IMG/VR virus record: IMGVR_UViG_3300002307_000034
Location: 32,001-96,000 of that record
Reading direction: 5' to 3' (one strand)
DNA length: 64,000 nt
Source: a virus
Each line of letters begins with the position of its first letter. Position 1 is the first letter of the stretch. The position numbers and the translations under genes are program-made. Shown here piece by piece: positions 39,962 through 49,882 of this stretch. The notes under the pieces are model-generated. The model made no database searches and was not told where the DNA came from. It was given only the letters and a program-made list of their open reading frames with translations.

Positions 39962-40659
39962 TAGTCAAATTTAGGTTTTTTCCAAATATTATCACGATAC
40001 CATCCCCAAGATGAAAATCCACTTTTTTTATGATTTAAAAATGCTTCTTCTAAAACATTTTTATCGTAAACAGATTCCCAATTTTCTGTTTTAAATGGAA
40101 TAATTTGAGCAATTGGAGTGCCTGCAGGAATTAATCCTTCAAAAGTTTTACTAAAAAATACTGGAACATTTCCACTTGGAACGGAAAAATTACCATCAAT
40201 AAAACCACTTAGTGTAATAAAAGGTAGATCAAATCTATTTAACGGATGTGTTACAAGTGCAGAATATCCTTTTGGAATATTAAAACAATGTTTTGTGTTC
40301 CATGCAAAATGAAGTTTTGAAAATCCTTCTGGCACTGGAAGTAAAATATTATGGTTATCATCTCTTAATGCAAGAAAATTTACATCCGGATCTCTCCATG
40401 TAATTACAGGACCACCTTCGGTTTGCTCAACCATAATATCAACTGGAAGTGGCAACATGTATCCACTAGTTAGTGAACTTAAAAATGGAGCACAAGCTTT
40501 AAATGTAACTTCCGCTGGAAGCCTTTTAGGAAATTCCCCATTTTTAAATTTTGGCGTGTCCATATACCACCTTGGAATATTATTTTTTGCTGGAGATATG
40601 TTTGGAAAAACATTGTCCTCAGCTGCATGCCTAAAAATATTTTTTTTATTTTTTATCAT
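39961..40659 (-). CDS. conserved phage protein (DUF6065-like), paralogue 1
   Basis: PA...IP.WY, K.C.PF...LT.GY, P.GYS.L..HP.N, IPAGTP.AQ.IP.K.E.W. Confidence 0.65.
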   Translation of the reverse strand: MIKNKKNIFRHAAEDNVFPNISPAKNNIPRWYMDTPKFKNGEFPKRLPAEVTFKACAPFLSSLTSGYMLPLPVDIMVEQTEGGPVITWRDPDVNFLALRDDNHNILLPVPEGFSKLHFAWNTKHCFNIPKGYSALVTHPLNRFDLPFITLSGFIDGNFSVPSGNVPVFFSKTFEGLIPAGTPIAQIIPFKTENWESVYDKNVLEEAFLNHKKSGFSSWGWYRDNIWKKPKFD

Positions 40660-41342
40660 TTATACTCTTTTCTATGCCAAAACAATTGTTTATATCTGTT
40701 ATAAAATTTACTTGTTAATAATCTTTCTGTCTTTTCATAATCATATTTATCATTAATAATTTGATGAGACCAAGATTCTCTTTTAATTGGAATTACTTGA
40801 GCCATTGGTGTACCTGCTGGGATAATCCCCTCAAAGTTTACATCATTTAAAACAAATGGAAAATTAACTGGAGAGTTATAAGTATCTGTGTCAACAATTG
40901 CTTCTAAAATAGTAAAATATTTATTATTACCATGTACTGGTGGAATTATTAATACAGAATATCCTGGAGGAGTTTTAATTCCCCATGGATTTATCCATTT
41001 AGGATATGGATGCTGATTCATATTTGGGTGATAGGGAGCTTGCTCTATACCATGATGTTGAATATTTTCTATTTGACTAGTTAAATATAAAATTTCACCA
41101 TTATCATTTTTTTTGATATATAAATCACAATATGTTGAAATTATATATCCTGCTGTTAAAACATCAAATACTGGTTGACATTTTTTTATAGTACTATTTA
41201 CTGTACCTTGATATCCTATATCCCTTTTTCCACCCACATAAGATTGAGTTTTTTTATACCATTCTGGAATATTTTCTGAAGCTGGAATAGGGCGATAAAT
41301 ACCATCAACACTATTTGTGTTGATAAATTTTATATTATTCAT
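40656..41342 (-). CDS. conserved phage protein (DUF6065-like), paralogue 2
   Basis: same motif series as 39961..40659. Confidence 0.65.
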   Translation of the reverse strand: MNNIKFINTNSVDGIYRPIPASENIPEWYKKTQSYVGGKRDIGYQGTVNSTIKKCQPVFDVLTAGYIISTYCDLYIKKNDNGEILYLTSQIENIQHHGIEQAPYHPNMNQHPYPKWINPWGIKTPPGYSVLIIPPVHGNNKYFTILEAIVDTDTYNSPVNFPFVLNDVNFEGIIPAGTPMAQVIPIKRESWSHQIINDKYDYEKTERLLTSKFYNRYKQLFWHRKEYK

Positions 41343-41349
41343 TTTTACC

Positions 41350-41874
41350 TTAGTCTATTGGTGGGGGTGCAGAAATTATTTGAGATTGCTGTGCTTGTTT
41401 TTCTGCTTCAGCATCTGCTTCTTTTTGTTTTGCTATAATTTCATCTATATTAACTTTATCTTCTTCAAGTTGTTTTAAAGATGTTTCTGATACAGCTGGC
41501 ATAGAATTACTTGTAGTTACAGGAACTGAATCTACGTAAACTATTGGATGTGAATTATCTTGAGGTGCGATAAAATTATTTCCATCCCAACGCCATAAAA
41601 TTTTTACATTATTGTCATTTATAACTGGGCCTTTAACTTCTGAAGAAAATATTGTACTTTTTATTGCAATAACAGTATTATTATTATCTTCATCTAAAAC
41701 AGCCCATTTAATTTCTGGAGCTTCAATAAAAGAACCATTTTCATATTTTTTATTTAAATAAGAATCAAGGTCTCCAGTAACTTCTATTACAGTATCAGAT
41801 GAATCGTCAACATCTCCTTCTGTTTTATGATGAGCAAATACAATTCCGTCTTTTAAATGTACATATTCTTTCAT
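41350..41874 (-). CDS. putative fibre-assembly/accessory protein
   Basis: two WRWDG/KYENG.F..P repeats; follows fibre genes. Confidence 0.5.
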   Translation of the reverse strand: MKEYVHLKDGIVFAHHKTEGDVDDSSDTVIEVTGDLDSYLNKKYENGSFIEAPEIKWAVLDEDNNNTVIAIKSTIFSSEVKGPVINDNNVKILWRWDGNNFIAPQDNSHPIVYVDSVPVTTSNSMPAVSETSLKQLEEDKVNIDEIIAKQKEADAEAEKQAQQSQIISAPPPID

Positions 41875-41886
41875 ATTTATCTCCTA

Positions 41887-42429
41887 TTAATAATATTCTA
41901 TAACCTGATAGGTGCAAGGACCTGTTACTGTTAGTGTTGTTGAATTTGTTAATACTGCACCATATGCTGCAGCAGTTAAAGCAGTTGTTCCTCCAGTTAA
42001 ACTTGTTGCATTTAATCCTACGTTTGCACCATTTGTATTCATAGCATTCATATAAATATTAGAGCTAACATTTGCCTGAATATATCCTGAACTTGTTTGA
42101 TAATAAATTTGATATCTTGCATTATAGTTACCAGTTGTGTAATAATATCCATATCCTTGGTTCGCTAAAAGTTGTCCAGCAACAAGTGGGTTATTTGATA
42201 TAACGTTTGTTCCTGAAGAAGCTGAAAAAGAAATTCCTGAAGTAGATCCATTTGCAGCATTCATAGTTCCTGTTGCTGCTACTGTTCCCGCCGAACCTGT
42301 TGAAACTGAGTGAACAACAGTTTTTGCAGTATTAACTGCTGAAATTGTAATTGTACCTGCTCCAGATGCTGATCCTGTTTGCAAAGATTTAATTACTGAT
42401 GCTGTATTTGGATATATTGCGACGCCCAT
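41887..42429 (-). CDS. small fibre-like virion protein
   Basis: IKSLQTG..TITISAVNTAK, ends YQVIEYY. Confidence 0.6.
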   Translation of the reverse strand: MGVAIYPNTASVIKSLQTGSASGAGTITISAVNTAKTVVHSVSTGSAGTVAATGTMNAANGSTSGISFSASSGTNVISNNPLVAGQLLANQGYGYYYTTGNYNARYQIYYQTSSGYIQANVSSNIYMNAMNTNGANVGLNATSLTGGTTALTAAAYGAVLTNSTTLTVTGPCTYQVIEYY

Positions 42430-42430
42430 A

Positions 42431-42748
42431 TTATACTATTTCAACCCCCGAAATGTGAAAGTTTACAGATGTTGCAGATGCTCCACCTGTAATGGTTTTA
42501 GGTGTTGCATTTGCTGGAAGTACTTGCTTTAAATCAAATAAAGCTTGTCCATTAGCAGCAATTGTTGCTGTAGTAGCAAAAGCTACACCATCAAAAGCTA
42601 GAGTGAACGTCTGTGCTGAACCTGAAGTATTTGTCACAACAATATTTGTTATAATTGATTGAGTTCCTGTTGTTGGAACGGTGTAAAGTGTTGTAGTAGT
42701 AGTTGTAGAAGCTGCACCTCTATACATTTGTACTGCTGTTGTTGCCAT
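42431..42748 (-). CDS. small virion structural protein
   Basis: TLYTVP...IVVTN...VNFHISGVEI. Confidence 0.65.
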   Translation of the reverse strand: MATTAVQMYRGAASTTTTTTLYTVPTTGTQSIITNIVVTNTSGSAQTFTLAFDGVAFATTATIAANGQALFDLKQVLPANATPKTITGGASATSVNFHISGVEIV

Positions 42749-42776
42749 TATTTATTTCCCCCAAATTTATTTAACA

Positions 42777-42884
42777 TTATAAGTAGGCTCCCATAATAAC
42801 CAGTAGTTCTACATCTTTACCTTGAATAAGTATTTGACCATTAGTCTGAATACCGTTCTTAACTTTAAAATCTAGATCTGCCAT
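42777..42884 (-). CDS. 35-aa fibre-adaptor-like micro-protein (not in ORF track)
   Basis: hand translation MADLDFKVKNGIQTNGQILIQGKDVELLVIMGAYL, preceded by a GGGAAAGGGA RBS. Confidence 0.7.
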   Translation of the reverse strand: MADLDFKVKNGIQTNGQILIQGKDVELLVIMGAYL

Positions 42885-42950
42885 TTAGGTTCCCTTTCCC
42901 CCTTATGTGATATAGGTTTATTGTATCATAAACCCATTACTACGCAAATA

Positions 42951-45900
42951 TTAATATGCCTGCATAATATGCATAATTTTTGTTTCATTTGCAAGCTTTG
43001 CAAATGTTATTGAACCATCTGCTACTGAAGATGAAGGGGTTGCCCATTGAACTCCCGTCCCAGTTGATTGCAAGAATTGACCTGAAGTTCCTGCAGAACC
43101 ACCTGCAGTTACAGTTCCTGTCATTGTTTGGTTATTTAATGTTAGTCCCGCAATTGTAGTTACAGTTGCACCTGATGAAATTGAAGTTGATCCAAGTGTT
43201 GGTGCTGTGTATCCTGAAGGAGGATTTACCCATTGAACACCTGTTCCAGTTGATGAAAGTAGTTGTCCTGAAGTTCCTGCAGAGCTATTTGCAGTTAATG
43301 TACCACTTAATGTTGCTCCAGATAATGTGAGTCCTGCAATTGTAGTTACAGTTGCTCCAGATGCAATTGATGTTGAACCAATAGTTGGAGCAGAATATCC
43401 TGATACTGAAGCCCATGAAAGGGTTCCCGCTCCATCAGTTGTAAGGTATTTACCAGAATTAGATGTTTGAGATGGAAGTAAGTTAGCAGCAGCTGTTGAA
43501 GCTGTTGTAGCACCTGTACCACCATTTGCAATTGCAATTGCTGTACCATTCCAAACACCTGTTGCAATTGTTCCAACTGATGTAAGTGATGAACCTACTA
43601 CTGAAGAGTTAAGTGTTGTACCTGTTAATGTTTCCGCTGCTGCGGTAATAGTTTTTGTATCTCCAAGTGATATTGAAGTTCCATTAATTGTAATACTTGA
43701 ATTTGCAAGGCTTGTATTACCAATATTAGATAAAGTATTTGTAGAACCTGAAATTGATTTATTTGTCAATGTATCTGTAGTTGCTCTGCCTACTAATGTA
43801 TCTGTAGATGTAGGAAGTGTTAATGTTCCTGTATTAGTAATTTGAGCAATTACTGGTGTTGTTAATGTCAATCCCGCCAAAGTTGAGGCAGTCCCTCCAA
43901 GTGATACAGAAGTTGAGCCAATTGTTACTGAGTTGTTTGCTAGCTGAGAATTTGAAACTCCAGCAGATTTAATTGCTACGTTGCCAGATGTTACTGTAAA
44001 TGATGCTGAGTCAAAAGATGCAATACCTTTATTAGAAGTACTTGCAACATTTTGAGCACCTGTCTGATAACCAGTAACACGACCATATGAATCTACAGTA
44101 ATTCCAGATACGATGCCGTTTGCAAGATTCCCGCCCGTTGTATTTGACTGAGAAACTGTAGCAAGATCAACGCTATCTGCAGTAACATTAAGTGTTGATG
44201 AAACAACATCTACTGTGTTGCCGGTTCTAAGAAGACCGTTACCTGCTACGAATGATGAAGCACCTGAGAACTGAGTCCATGTAATATTATCTGTGCCAAT
44301 AAGTACTAGGCCATCTGTTCCTGAACCTGTCATTGTAGCAACAAATGATTGATTTAAATTATTTGGACCATAAAGTACATATACTGCATCTCCTGCAGAA
44401 ACTTCATCAATTGTGTGGTTGTCTGAATCTGTTGCACGAGTAAGAACCCATTTTGTTGAAGAAGACCCCTTGTCTGTTACAACATAAATACCATTTTGCT
44501 TTGCATCTGCTTGATTTTTAATAAGTACACGGTTGCCATTATTTACATTTATAGTATCAATTGCAAGTGCTGCATTTGCTGTAGCAGTTAATGTTGCTCC
44601 AATTCCTAAACCGCCATTAGCATCAGTTGTTCCGTCTGCATATGTAGATGAAGGTAAAACTCCAGATGTTGCAGCCACGACTGCTGCATGCCAGTTCATT
44701 CCTGCAGAAATATTATCTACATAAGCTTTTGAAGCGGCATGCCCTGCAGATGTAGGAGTTGTATTTACTGTAATTAAATTAGCTGTAAAATTACCTGATG
44801 CATCACGAGCAACAATTGTTGAAGCTGTATTTGCATCTGTAGCGGTGGTTGCAGAATTTGCAACTTTGCCACTAGTTGTAATAGTTGCAAGTTTTGTATC
44901 TGCTATTCCAGCTGAAGGTGATATATCTGCATTTACAATTGTTCCGTCTACTATGTCTGCGGAAGTAATAGAAGAAGAAAGATTTAATTTGCTATATGCT
45001 ATTTCTGCTGAATCATTAATATCAGCATTTACAATTGTGTTATCTAGAATCATAGTAGAAGTAACAGAACCTGTATCTGTTGTTTTTACTACATTAGCGG
45101 TTGCATTAGATATTGCAGTGTTTCTGTTAGAAACTTCTGTTGCTATAACTGAATCAGCATATCCTTCAGATGTTGATATTGCTTGAGACTTAGCGGTTGC
45201 TATTGCAGAATTACGGTTAGTAACTTCTGTGCTAATTGCTGAATCTGTGTAAGATTCTGAAGCGGTAATTGCTTCTGATTTTTTAGTATCAGCATATGAT
45301 TTTGTAGCAAGTGCTGCGGTATCTGAAATACCATGAACATTTGTTGTTGCTGATGTATGTGATGATAGAGTAGAGCTTGATGCTTTTGCATCTAATTGTG
45401 TTTGAATAGAAGATGTTACTCCATCAAGATATCCAATTTCTGTATTAGATACATTTGTAACTCTTGTTTGAACAACATCTGTATTTATAGAAAAAGATGA
45501 GCCAGATAGGTTTAAACCATTTCCAGCAATATATGTACCGCTACCCGCTGATTGTTGAAAATTAATATTATCTGTACCAATTACAATTCCATATGCAGGA
45601 AATTCTGATGATCCCAAAGAATCCATAAACCAAGTTGTTTTTGAAAGAGTATTTCCTTCTCCAACATAAATTGTGCGACCACCGATTAATTGTCCTTGAA
45701 AAGAATTATCATAATCTGAAGTGCGTGTTGCAACCCATGGGTTATTTAAATCTCCAGATGTTGTAATGTAATATATGCCATTTTGCTTTGCATCTGCTTG
45801 ATCTTTGATTAAAATTCTATCTAATAAATCAACTTCTACGCCATCAACAGTTAACGTACCATTTGAACTGCCTGTTAAAGTTCCGCCAATACCTTTGCCA

Positions 45901-46547
45901 TATTCGCCTGAATCACCATCATTATTTATTGCATCAATTGGTTCTGTAGTAGCAAAATTAACAAATACTGAATGATAAACATTTTCAATAATTTGATCTA
46001 CATAGCCTTTATTTGTTGCATCTGTATCTATATCTGGATCAGATAAATTTAATATTTTTTTGCTATTTGCATCTAAATTTTCGCTTAAGCTTGTTGATGA
46101 TCCTAGTGTTTTATTAGTTAGTGTCTGAGTTCCATTTGTAGAAACAACATTACCAGCACCATTTGTGCCAATATTAAGATTTTCTATTGATGTGTCTGTG
46201 TAACCTTCTGCAGTTGTAATTGCATTGCTAATATCTGTATTAGTAGAAGATTGAAATCCTGAAAGATCTGCAGCATCTGCTGCTGTATAGCCAAGTGCTG
46301 TATTTACATCTGTATCCGTAAGGGTAACTTCACCTTGACGGGAATTAAAAGATGTAACAGCTACGGAAGATATCCCTGAAGGAAGTACTGAAGCATAATC
46401 TAATGTACGCCAAATATTAGTACCATTACCAATTTTAAATTTGCCTGTATCGGTTTCAAATCCTATTTCGCCAGAAGATAGCTGGGGGTTTACATCGTAC
46501 CAATTACTGGCTGTGTCTCTTCTTATTTGAATTCTTGTACTTGACAT
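42951..46547 (-). CDS. long tail fibre with major-tropism-determinant-like N-terminal domain
   Basis: RIQIRRDTASNW..NPQLSSGEIGFETDTGKFKIGNG; duplicated QADAKQNGIY domain; C-terminal ~62-aa repeats. Confidence 0.85.
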   Translation of the reverse strand: MSSTRIQIRRDTASNWYDVNPQLSSGEIGFETDTGKFKIGNGTNIWRTLDYASVLPSGISSVAVTSFNSRQGEVTLTDTDVNTALGYTAADAADLSGFQSSTNTDISNAITTAEGYTDTSIENLNIGTNGAGNVVSTNGTQTLTNKTLGSSTSLSENLDANSKKILNLSDPDIDTDATNKGYVDQIIENVYHSVFVNFATTEPIDAINNDGDSGEYGKGIGGTLTGSSNGTLTVDGVEVDLLDRILIKDQADAKQNGIYYITTSGDLNNPWVATRTSDYDNSFQGQLIGGRTIYVGEGNTLSKTTWFMDSLGSSEFPAYGIVIGTDNINFQQSAGSGTYIAGNGLNLSGSSFSINTDVVQTRVTNVSNTEIGYLDGVTSSIQTQLDAKASSSTLSSHTSATTNVHGISDTAALATKSYADTKKSEAITASESYTDSAISTEVTNRNSAIATAKSQAISTSEGYADSVIATEVSNRNTAISNATANVVKTTDTGSVTSTMILDNTIVNADINDSAEIAYSKLNLSSSITSADIVDGTIVNADISPSAGIADTKLATITTSGKVANSATTATDANTASTIVARDASGNFTANLITVNTTPTSAGHAASKAYVDNISAGMNWHAAVVAATSGVLPSSTYADGTTDANGGLGIGATLTATANAALAIDTINVNNGNRVLIKNQADAKQNGIYVVTDKGSSSTKWVLTRATDSDNHTIDEVSAGDAVYVLYGPNNLNQSFVATMTGSGTDGLVLIGTDNITWTQFSGASSFVAGNGLLRTGNTVDVVSSTLNVTADSVDLATVSQSNTTGGNLANGIVSGITVDSYGRVTGYQTGAQNVASTSNKGIASFDSASFTVTSGNVAIKSAGVSNSQLANNSVTIGSTSVSLGGTASTLAGLTLTTPVIAQITNTGTLTLPTSTDTLVGRATTDTLTNKSISGSTNTLSNIGNTSLANSSITINGTSISLGDTKTITAAAETLTGTTLNSSVVGSSLTSVGTIATGVWNGTAIAIANGGTGATTASTAAANLLPSQTSNSGKYLTTDGAGTLSWASVSGYSAPTIGSTSIASGATVTTIAGLTLSGATLSGTLTANSSAGTSGQLLSSTGTGVQWVNPPSGYTAPTLGSTSISSGATVTTIAGLTLNNQTMTGTVTAGGSAGTSGQFLQSTGTGVQWATPSSSVADGSITFAKLANETKIMHIMQAY

Positions 46548-46591
46548 TAATCCTCCGTTAAAATTATATCATTTTTATAAATAAAAAACTA

Positions 46592-46810
46592 TTATGCTGC
46601 GCCACCATCAAGTCCAAAAAGATAAGAATCGCTTGCTTTTCCGCCATCAATATTTATAACATTATTATTAGTTCCCCATTTTTGCCAACCAGTACCGTCA
46701 TGATATCTATAAGCTTTATCATTATCATTGTAATAAAAATCACCTTTTGTGCCAGATGGGTCCGATGCTAGTACTGGTGGTTTTAATGGGACTTTAAATA
46801 CTTTTGACAT
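46592..46810 (-). CDS. small fibre-associated protein
   Basis: GDFYYN..YHDGTGW; ends IDGG..LDGG. Confidence 0.6.
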   Translation of the reverse strand: MSKVFKVPLKPPVLASDPSGTKGDFYYNDNDKAYRYHDGTGWQKWGTNNNVINIDGGKASDSYLFGLDGGAA

Positions 46811-46829
46811 TTTACTCCATTTATTTAGT

Positions 46830-46858
46830 TAAGGAAGGACGTTTAACGTCCTTCCTTA
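46830..46858. terminator. 14-bp inverted repeat, probable terminator
   Basis: TAAGGAAGGACGTT-t-AACGTCCTTCCTTA. Confidence 0.65.
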
Positions 46859-46876
46859 GACAATTTTTATTTTTAT

Positions 46877-48802
46877 TTAGCCTATTACAACTACGTTGTA
46901 AGTTTCTCCAGTTACTGGAGCGGATGCAAATGATACTGTAATTATGTTTGTTGATGTACGCTTTACATCAATTTCAATATCATTGTATTGATCTACTCCT
47001 GCAGATGTTTGATATACACGAACCATTACATCTCTTGATCCAAGAGCATGTGTGAATGAAAATGTATCATCTACGCTGTTTCCAGTAATGGAACTTGAAT
47101 ATTTGCGAGTAACTGTTGTGTAATCTGCATTTTTTGCAAAATCATCAGATACAAGTTGAGATTCAAGTGTTGATAAACTAAGGTCAAGCGTTGCGCCTGA
47201 AGGATTTGTAATATATGTTGATCCTGATACTACATCAGAAGCTTTAAAACTAATTGAAGCATTTGAAATAGTAATTCCAGTTCCCGCTGTATATTCGCCA
47301 GCAGCTGAGAATTGTGTCCAAGTGTAACCTGTACCTGTAGCAATATATCCAGTCTTGCCTTGAGTTCCATATTCAATAAATACAAAGTCACCAACTGCTG
47401 GAGTTGTATGATCTGTTGCACGAGAAAGTGAACCGTCGTTTGCGGTTACATAAATGCCATTTTCAGATGAGGTAGTTTGATTCTTAACAAGAATACGATC
47501 CCCAGAATTCCAAGCATTGAACCCATCAAGACTGTCAGTGTCAGCATTCCATGTTCCAAGGTTAATATTTATGGTTGAAGCAGCAGTTACTGACTCTTTA
47601 ACATTAAGACCTTGTGCAATACTATGAATATCAGAAATTGTTGCAATTTCATTGCCTGTTGCTGCAGAGCCAAGATATGCTGTACCATCTGCATTAAGAA
47701 CAATGTCTCCACCATTTTGTGATGTAATTGTTACATCATCATGTGCCAAAATGCGAAGGCTAGCAGTATGTGCAGTAATTTCAAAATCATTATTTGTAGG
47801 ATTGATAACAATTTCGCCTTCATTTGCAACAGTTATTTCATCTGTAAAGTATAATGGACCTTGAATTGTTTTGTTTGAAAGTGTTTGTATATCTGAAGTT
47901 CCTACTACATAACCAGTTACACCATGTACACCAGATGATAATCCTGCGTGTGTTGAAAGATCTGTAGCAACATAGCCCGCTTCTGTTGCTGCTGTGCCAG
48001 CTGCGTCATACCAAGTGTCTACTGTAGTTCTATCTACAGTTATTGCACCAGTAGACGAATCATAAGAAATTCCTGAAGAACCACTTATTGCATTACGTGC
48101 ACGAGAATCTGTAAAATAAACATTAACTGGTGATACACCTTCTGAAATATCATCAGTATAAAGTGTTAAACTTGACCCTAGGCTTACATCACTACCATTA
48201 ATAGTTACTTTTGAATTTGTAAGTGAAGTATTATCAATATTTGAAATAGTATTATCTGATCCAGATATTGTTTTATTAGTAAGAGTTTGTGTTCCAGTTT
48301 CTGTAACATAACCTGTAAGATCACCTGTTATATCACCAAATGTTGCAAGTCTATTGTCTGAAGTTACTGAACCCTTATAAACATCTCCATCTGCTGAAAG
48401 AATAATATCTCCGCTGGATGTTGTAAGAGTTATATTATTGTTAGCACTTAATGCTATTCCAGTAGTGGAACCAAGTTCTGTATTACCGTTACCATCAACA
48501 TCAAGTCCATGATCTGTTGACCCGCCAACATACAATGCACCACCTAGTGTTACATTTTCTGCGAGTGTTAATTGTTGATCTGTTACTACAAAATTACCAT
48601 CAACTGATCCAATATATTGAACACCTACTGGAGACCAGTGCGTTGTTCCTGTTCCTGTTGAATAGTAGAATGTACTATCTCCTGTGTTAAAGTATAGTTG
48701 TCCTGCTGCAAGGGCTGATGGGGCCGAGGGAGCAGAATGGATAACTGCATTAAGTAGCTGATTACCCTTTAAATTAATATTTGTTAAAAATGTTTTTGCC
48801 AT
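46877..48802 (-). CDS. tail fibre protein
   Basis: FLTNINLKGNQL start, TQTLTNKT repeats, DRILVKNQT..ENGIY, THALGSRDVMV. Confidence 0.8.
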   Translation of the reverse strand: MAKTFLTNINLKGNQLLNAVIHSAPSAPSALAAGQLYFNTGDSTFYYSTGTGTTHWSPVGVQYIGSVDGNFVVTDQQLTLAENVTLGGALYVGGSTDHGLDVDGNGNTELGSTTGIALSANNNITLTTSSGDIILSADGDVYKGSVTSDNRLATFGDITGDLTGYVTETGTQTLTNKTISGSDNTISNIDNTSLTNSKVTINGSDVSLGSSLTLYTDDISEGVSPVNVYFTDSRARNAISGSSGISYDSSTGAITVDRTTVDTWYDAAGTAATEAGYVATDLSTHAGLSSGVHGVTGYVVGTSDIQTLSNKTIQGPLYFTDEITVANEGEIVINPTNNDFEITAHTASLRILAHDDVTITSQNGGDIVLNADGTAYLGSAATGNEIATISDIHSIAQGLNVKESVTAASTININLGTWNADTDSLDGFNAWNSGDRILVKNQTTSSENGIYVTANDGSLSRATDHTTPAVGDFVFIEYGTQGKTGYIATGTGYTWTQFSAAGEYTAGTGITISNASISFKASDVVSGSTYITNPSGATLDLSLSTLESQLVSDDFAKNADYTTVTRKYSSSITGNSVDDTFSFTHALGSRDVMVRVYQTSAGVDQYNDIEIDVKRTSTNIITVSFASAPVTGETYNVVVIG

Positions 48803-48832
48803 TTTTTATTCCCCTTATTTTTTTTATTTATC

Positions 48833-49465
48833 TTACGACAGATAAGCATATCCTGAAACATTTGTTGATACTCCCGCTTGAATAAAGCGTAATGTCAACT
48901 GATTTTCATTAACATACTCTATATCACATTCTATATTATTATCGCTATAATCCATAACCGAAACGGCGGGATTAAAGCCTAGATTGTGTATAATACTCCA
49001 TGAAGAAGCTGCTGTTTGTTTTTCATACGTAAAAGAAAAAACAGATACTGGAACAAGTTCCACTGCTGATCCCCATACATTATTTTGCTTTGCATATAAT
49101 ATTCTATGAGATGTATCTAAGTAAGAATCTCCATTGTTACCTAAACTTTGAGTAGGAACTCCTGCTCCAGCGTAAAATGAACTTCCTGCAAATACAGAAT
49201 ATAAATTTGGATCCCATCCTGCTGGATCTTTTGGACCATAAAGTCTTTTATTTTCTGTATCTATATAAAGATCGCCAGCTTTTCCAATATTATTAGATGG
49301 TGCACCAATTCCAGTTAAGACTGATGTTCCAGGATCACCTTTAGGACCTGCTATTCCAGGTGCTCTAACGACAACCTTATCTTTAGAAATTATTTGAACT
49401 ACTTTGTCTAATCTTGGAGATATTGTTGTCATGCGTCTATAACACCTGCTCCAACTATAAACCAA
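48833..49465 (-). CDS. collagen-like fibre/adaptor protein
   Basis: GIAGPKGDPG, two G.G.P...G..GD.Y.D repeats, HNLG..P.V; start likely MTTIS (49432). Confidence 0.7.
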   Translation of the reverse strand: MVYSWSRCYRRMTTISPRLDKVVQIISKDKVVVRAPGIAGPKGDPGTSVLTGIGAPSNNIGKAGDLYIDTENKRLYGPKDPAGWDPNLYSVFAGSSFYAGAGVPTQSLGNNGDSYLDTSHRILYAKQNNVWGSAVELVPVSVFSFTYEKQTAASSWSIIHNLGFNPAVSVMDYSDNNIECDIEYVNENQLTLRFIQAGVSTNVSGYAYLS

Positions 49466-49776
49466 CCTTCAAGTATAGTATCATCTGTATCAACAACTTT
49501 AACTTGAAAAGCAGCTTTTGGATAATTAAACTTTGCTGTTTTTGCACTGTTAAATGTTAATATAAATCTATTGTAATTTCCATCATTAATCATCTCAACA
49601 CCATCACCATTTGTAGATGTTGCACATAAAAGTCTACCGCCTGGAGTATCTTTAACTTCAGCTAGGATTGTATAGTTTGATATATTTATTGGATTGTTAT
49701 CTGCATCTGTATAAGCAATATCAAGTGACCATGTATCACCTTGAATAACTTTAAAGTTGTTTGCCACAAATATCAC
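49429..49776 (-). CDS. baseplate/fibre attachment (BppU-like) protein
   Basis: IQGDTW...PINISNYT..AEVK. Confidence 0.55.
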   Translation of the reverse strand: MIFVANNFKVIQGDTWSLDIAYTDADNNPINISNYTILAEVKDTPGGRLLCATSTNGDGVEMINDGNYNRFILTFNSAKTAKFNYPKAAFQVKVVDTDDTILEGWFIVGAGVIDA

Positions 49777-49817
49777 CTCAGATTTATGTTTAAATTATAA
49801 CATCTAATTGTGTCAAA

Positions 49818-49870
49818 ACATAAGAAACCCCCTGCAACGTATTCGCCGTATAAACAGGGGGTACTTATGT
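49818..49870 (-). terminator. stem-loop after nrdJ
   Basis: ACATAAG..ACCCCCTG / CAGGGGGT.CTTATGT. Confidence 0.55.
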
Positions 49871-49882
49871 ATATTATATCAC

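Noticed and set aside
42951-46547. Diversity-generating retroelement suggested by the Mtd-like domain
   Set aside because: Only the N-terminal attachment domain is similar. There is no reverse transcriptase in the window and I saw no template/variable repeat pair differing at adenines.
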